Source: Podarcis liolepis (taxonomy: Eukaryota). Taken from it: a stretch of DNA of 64,000 bases. Shown piece after piece: positions 11,140-64,000 of the stretch. The stretch is taken from NCBI GenBank assembly GCA_965112155.1, contig OZ218099.1; one strand, 5' to 3'. A program made the position numbers and the translations under genes. The notes under the pieces are model-generated. The model searched no databases. It saw only the letters and a list, made by a program, of their open reading frames with translations, and had not been told where the DNA came from. Each line of letters starts with the position of its first letter. The first letter of the stretch is position 1.

Positions 11140-11951
11140 CACTGCCTACTTTACTTTTTTATTTTTATTTTTAAATATTTTATTAAGGATTTTATTGTTT
11201 TACAGAAGTAAGTGTAATGTCTCGTATTTTTTTCCATGTAACATTTTTACAAATCCGTTTCATTTGTTGAGACATTAGGGGGAGAAGAAAAAAAAGGGGG
11301 GAAGGGGGGTGGAGGGAGGGAAGATGGATGGGGTTGGGTGGCGATGTTTCTATTATGCTTAATATATGAGTTTGGTGTCAGCGTTGCTTGTGTTGTTCAC
11401 TTGTGTTCCTTTGGTGGTGAGAGAGGTTGGGGTTGGCCTAGGGTGTGATTGTTTGTTTGTGATTGGCTGTGGTGATCTTTGTTTTCGTGTGTGAGTGGGG
11501 TGGGTGGGTGTTTTGGATCAGGTTAGCCATATTGATTTGTATGCTGTTGGTGGATTATTGTCATTGTCTTGTTGGGCTGTGTATGTGATAAAGGGGAGCC
11601 ATACCGGGGTGAAGGCGACGCCCAAGAACCTCACCAAAATTCTGGAGAGGGTGCACCTGCACAGGCACATACCTCCACATGTGGTGGGAGTGTCCCAAAA
11701 TCCAACTATTCTGGACAACAGCCATACAAGAAATATGTAAAATAACTAAGCAAGTATTAGACATCACCCCAGAATTGGCCCTACTAAACATCTTCCAAGA
11801 CAACAATGCCCATTTACACCACAAAGAACTCATAACCCACCTACTTTCAGCAGCCAGAAACACCATAACCAGACACTGGAGAGACCTGTCAGGAGTAAGC
11901 ATGGACCAATGGTACCAAATAGTATGGGAAACAGCACTGCCTACTTTACTT
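11140..11951 (-). mobile_element. Young 5'-truncated L1 with 5' inversion and 17-bp TSD
   Basis: TSD CACTGCCTACTTTACTT at 11140-11156 and 11935-11951; poly-A tail, 3' UTR and ORF2 end (AFTPVWLPFITY...IWLT*) on minus; upstream ORF2 (HMWWECPKIQLFW...WETA) on plus from about 11618. Confidence 0.92.
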
Positions 11952-14900
11952 GAAAGACATTCCTAGGGCAGCAGGGAGCCTCTGGTTGTCTTCCAATGAA
12001 CTCAGTATTTGTCTTTGAATTAGAAGGAAATGCTATCCTCAGATGTAAAGGCTATTCATTTGACAGCTAGGGGGGAAAACAAAAACATGGACATTGTGAA
12101 AAGACAGTTAACGTCAACGCCCCCCTCCTCTTCTTCCAGGGCCTTTTGTTTATTCTTATTCTTATTATTTTGTATTGCATTTGTAAGTTTTCCCTTCCCT
12201 TGTTACGAATTTATACATCCATCTCATCATGATTATATTACAAAAATGTCTAAGGTTGAATGTGTATATTTAATCATTTTCAGGCAATGCTTATGTGTTA
12301 AAGCGTATCTTTATTTCTCAAGCAAATAAACTGTAGGAAACCAAACAAAAACTTTGTGTTTTCAATATACAAATACAACTTTGTCACAGTATCTTTGTAC
12401 GACTTTCAAATTTTCCATGAAATATTCCCTGCATTGACATTTTTTAAAAGCATCACAATAAGGATTGTTCACAGTCACATACATTCACAGTGTTAGAATT
12501 AGGCACTAAGATTTATTATTCTAAACTGCCCCGTATTAAATGTTAATTATTAACACTTAGGGTTGAATAGAAGGTGTTTATGATACAATTCCAACACCAG
12601 GCAGTGGGTGATATCCAATGTCACATCAGATAATGTGATGGGACCCCATCGCTCTCCTGCCTCTTGTAGCCCCCCACCCCATGTCACTGATCTATTCCAC
12701 AGGGTTCTCCAAATCTTCATGGCAGTTTTGGATCAGTTGGGGATTGTAGGAGGAAGGAAAAGAAAGGGAAAGCCTATTGTCTGAGCAGAAATCTGTTGTA
12801 CAAGTGGGCTGCCACAGCTGGATGTCACCCACAGTCCAAAGACCAGACCTAGAGAATATTCACTTGGTAAACATCATATTCATTTTTGTTGAACCTCTGC
12901 AAAAACTTCACCTTTGTATTTTATTGGCAGTCTTGTTTCCTGGCAGATTGGCAACACTGCATTTGCACAGCGACCTACTTCTGGGCCCAGTAAATACTGA
13001 ACAGCCAGGCATTTGAGAAGCTTTGAGCTAATGAATTGGAATTTAGAAACAATTACTCCAGGTCAATCTTTGAGTTCCTTACTGCTATGGCATCAAAGAA
13101 CCAAACTGCTGGTTGTTGTAGACACTGAACTTCCCAGCAGCCATTGTATGAAAGAAGGAAGGAAGAAAAGTCCACAAGAAACCATGTGAAGTTTCCAGTT
13201 AAATCCTTGGGGAAAATTTTGTTCTGCTTGAAGTGAACAGTAACTGCACTGACGTCAGTAGAGATAGGGCACCCCACGTTCACGTGGGAAGGTCGCAACC
13301 GTATAGACAGCACAACAAAAATATTTCCTGTTGCGGAAGTCAGTTTGTGAGGACTGAGCTGCTCTTTTGTGTCCCCTCCCTTATTCACATTTCCATGACA
13401 CTCGTGCAGCACTTCAAGTATAAGGGTCCTAATCCAGGCCACAGTATCAGGTCAAGAGATGCTCACTGAGACTCACTGGCCACATTGGAGCCTTGGACAA
13501 TAAACCACAGTAGGCTTTGGGCTTGTATGAGCCCCACTCCCATGCACCTAGGAGGAATGTGGAAGATTTCATTTCTAGTTTAGATTCACTACAACTTGCC
13601 ATATTCTTCAGACCCGACAAACTGGAATTCTTTGTTGCTTTGGCTCACTGAAACAAGGCAACTTAAAACCACAGGTTATAAATCTGAATATTCTAATCAG
13701 CATTAGCCACAGTTTAGGATTCAGATGACTCATCCTTGGAGCTACTTTTTTTTTTTTTTAGCACGCAGGTGAGGAACCTTACTCTTGCAGGCCAATTTTG
13801 CATTTCCTTGTTTTGTGTGGCCAATTTTGGCCCACCAGGGTGGCTTGGGTGTTCCCTACACACGGAATCATACAGGTAAAGGTGGGGCTTGACTCAGCCA
13901 AAAGGGCACCTTTGGCCAAAGCTTCCTTGTGCATCTTCCAAAGCATCTAATAACAAACTGATTGTCGGGAGCCTCTGAAGCGCTGCACAAAGCAGGAACG
14001 CAGCAAGGGCAACCTTGCTGGATCTGGGTGTGCAAGAGAGCTCCCTGTAGGAAACTCTGTTGTGCACCCCTACCTGCTCAATTTGGCTAATTTTCTAAGT
14101 ATGCAGCAGGCAGCAAGGTACTGCTAAAAGCAAGTTTTTCTCTTAATTTCAGAAGCTGTTTCACTGCAAACAAAGGGGGAAAGTTTGCTTTTAGGAGTGC
14201 CTTGCCTTCCAGACGTTTGGCACTTCAAAGGATAGAAATGTCATTTGTAACACCAAGAGATTGACAAGTAGGTCACTTACCTGTCCAAATTTGACCCACG
14301 AGACCTATTTGGGTAAGGATCTGGCCCATGGAACTAAAGACGTTCACCAGTGCTGATTTAGTATGATGCCCAAATGTGGCCAGTTTCTGTTGAGGTATTT
14401 AACATTTGCAAATAACTAAAAAAATACACAATCACCCACTTTATATCAACATTATTTTCTTTAAAAAAGACTCAGCTTAAAATAAACTTTTCATTAAAAT
14501 AAAACTGTTCCTGTTTTTTAAAAAAACACGCTGCATAGTCAAATAATAACTATAATAAAAATTTCATTTACAGGTAAATAGCAGAGGGTCATGGTACTTG
14601 CAGCAACTGGTGAAGTGTATGCTGACTATTTTTAGGTGAGAGGAGACCCTACTACAATTCTTGCACAAAAAAGGCACAACTATGTAATAGTTATTACAGC
14701 ATAACTACTTTCTAAACTGGAAAAAATCAAATTATTTATAAGGCTAAAGGGTGTGAGAATGTAATAGTGCAGCACTTTCATTCCTGAGTCTCAAAATAAA
14801 TTAATAAAATCTGTAACCAAACTAAAACTTTAGTCTTTTAGAAGCATATATCCCTTTCATGTTTTTGGCTTATGTCCTTGTATCGCTCTTCCTTATTTGC

Positions 14901-15331
14901 ATTAAGCCTCATTATGAAACTATAAAAATACAATTTCCACAGGAAGTAAACAAACATATGCACTGCATTGATACGGACAATTAGGAGGTACAACTAGTAT
15001 TAACTGAAGTATACAAAGAATGAAAAGGCAAGCTAGATCAACACAGATACTGGGCATTACCCATAAATTCCTCTCCCAACACCCAGATAGTACTGCTAAT
15101 AATGACAGATTGTGGAAGAGTAGATTCTACTACCCTTAAATAATATAGGCATGATGAATTAAAAAGGTATACAGAAATTTTGTTGCATTCGTCAAAGAAA
15201 GAGAGTCGCAATAAACTGAGCAAAAAGCTAAGCTTTGACAAGCTAACATCAGGTAATGAATTAGTTACCAGTAAAAGCACTAGTACTTTAAAATACAAAC
15301 GAGTCTTTTGAGAGGGAGAAAAAAGCTCTGA

Positions 15332-62603
<47,272 letters not shown>

Positions 62604-64000
62604 CTAGACGGTAAATGAAAAAACATAAAAAATAAATATATTCATTTTATTACTTGTTCTCATATATACCCCTAAGTTACCCATTCTGCAAATTACTCAA
62701 ATAGATTAGAATAGCCTAGCCTAGAACTGCTAGCCAGACATTCATGGAGAAAAACACTCTTCCGCTAAACTAGAAACATCAGGGATCCACACTCTGCTGC
62801 AGTTTAATCTCTTATTTCCTTACACAAAGATGTTTCATTCATAGTTATAATGGCCACAGACACCTCTCCCCCTCTGGTTCTCTATCGCCGGCAAAATTTT
62901 TGATACCGAGAGATACCTCAGTGATTAATAGTGCCAGTAGTCAGCATATCATTTCACAAGTCAGCACACAAGAGGCCCAGCATATAGCATTGCTGCGTTC
63001 TTAAGAACTCCGATTAATTCCGTTTTACTGAAAGCCGGAGACAGCCAACTGAATGATTTCAAGTCTCAGTGCAGCTAACCTGTGTACTGCTGAAAGTGTT
63101 TTTCTACCAATGGGAATTTCTGAAAAGAATTAATGGCAAAAGGGGGCACAGAAAATTGATTTCTTGCTGTCATCATGTCTTTATTTTTAGTCTTAAGGGG
63201 AGGTTAGCTGTGTATATACATTGCTTCCGAAATTCATCAGAAGTCAGCCGCTGACAACAATGAAGAGCGCCAGTTTTCACTATGCTTCATACAAAGGTCT
63301 GAATACTTTGGCCTGCAACACCCTTAGTCTTTCAAAGGACTCAGTAGCTGTAAAATGCATGTCATCAGCCCTAAGTCCTTTTCTAAAATCAAAACTGCTA
63401 GGTAAATCTTCACACATTTATCTTCATTTTGTCTTTGTGGCTTGAACAAGAAGATGCATTTACAGTACTCTGTTTTTATAGCGTGTAAACTATGGAGAGA
63501 TGTATGACCTCACAAATCAAGCAACGGGATAGCTCTGTATGCTATGCATATCAGAGATGTGTACCATCTGTTACAGCTCTATAAGAAACCCACTGCCATA
63601 AGTAGAATATCGTCAATAGCAGTCTGATATGTGTTATAAATTCTGGCAGCGAGGAAAGAAAACCCAATAAGGGCACTATAAATTACCCACACTTTTCCAC
63701 ATGCAGAATTCCTTCCCACTCATCTTCTCCACTGGTCAGATTCCTCTCCACATGCAGAGAGGTTGCACATGCAGGAGAGTTTCTCAAATTATCATAAATA
63801 ATTATGTTCAGAATTATTCTAAGCAGAAACACAAATTTAAAAACCCCAGGAAATAATTTCACTTTCATAGGCCAAACTCCCCAAATAATCAAACATTTCT
63901 AAATAGGGGGTGATCACCACCACACATTTCCCATACCCTTCTGGAGTTGGATTGAGTTCTAATACATTCTGTCCCCACTGCACCACCTCTCACATTCGGA

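Overview
Vertebrate genomic DNA. The repeat content (Sauria SINE of the lacertid type, BovB, CR1, L2, L1, Penelope-like remnants, Tigger/hAT MITEs) points to a squamate, probably a lacertid lizard. 15332-62603 (minus strand) holds the last 29 coding exons of NUP210 (gp210). I spliced them by hand into one uninterrupted frame of 4218 nt (1405 aa + stop), with one GC-AG intron; the 5' part of the gene lies beyond the window. None of the long ORFs in the supplied track is a stand-alone gene. The most interesting signal is downstream of NUP210, at about 1.6-10.2 kb on the minus strand. There, a series of splice-site-bounded, stop- and frameshift-riddled segments reads in order as signal peptide, IL-17-receptor-like ectodomain, TM remnant and SEFIR-like tail, i.e. 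a candidate unannotated, decayed IL-17 receptor paralogue. Other notable items: a twin-primed (5'-inverted) L1 with a 17-bp TSD, a CpG-rich intronic ORF in frame with NUP210 that could give a TM-less isoform, inverted MITE pairs flanking NUP210 exons, and decayed hammerhead-like cores in Penelope remnants. All protein comparisons are from memory of reference sequences, not from database searches.
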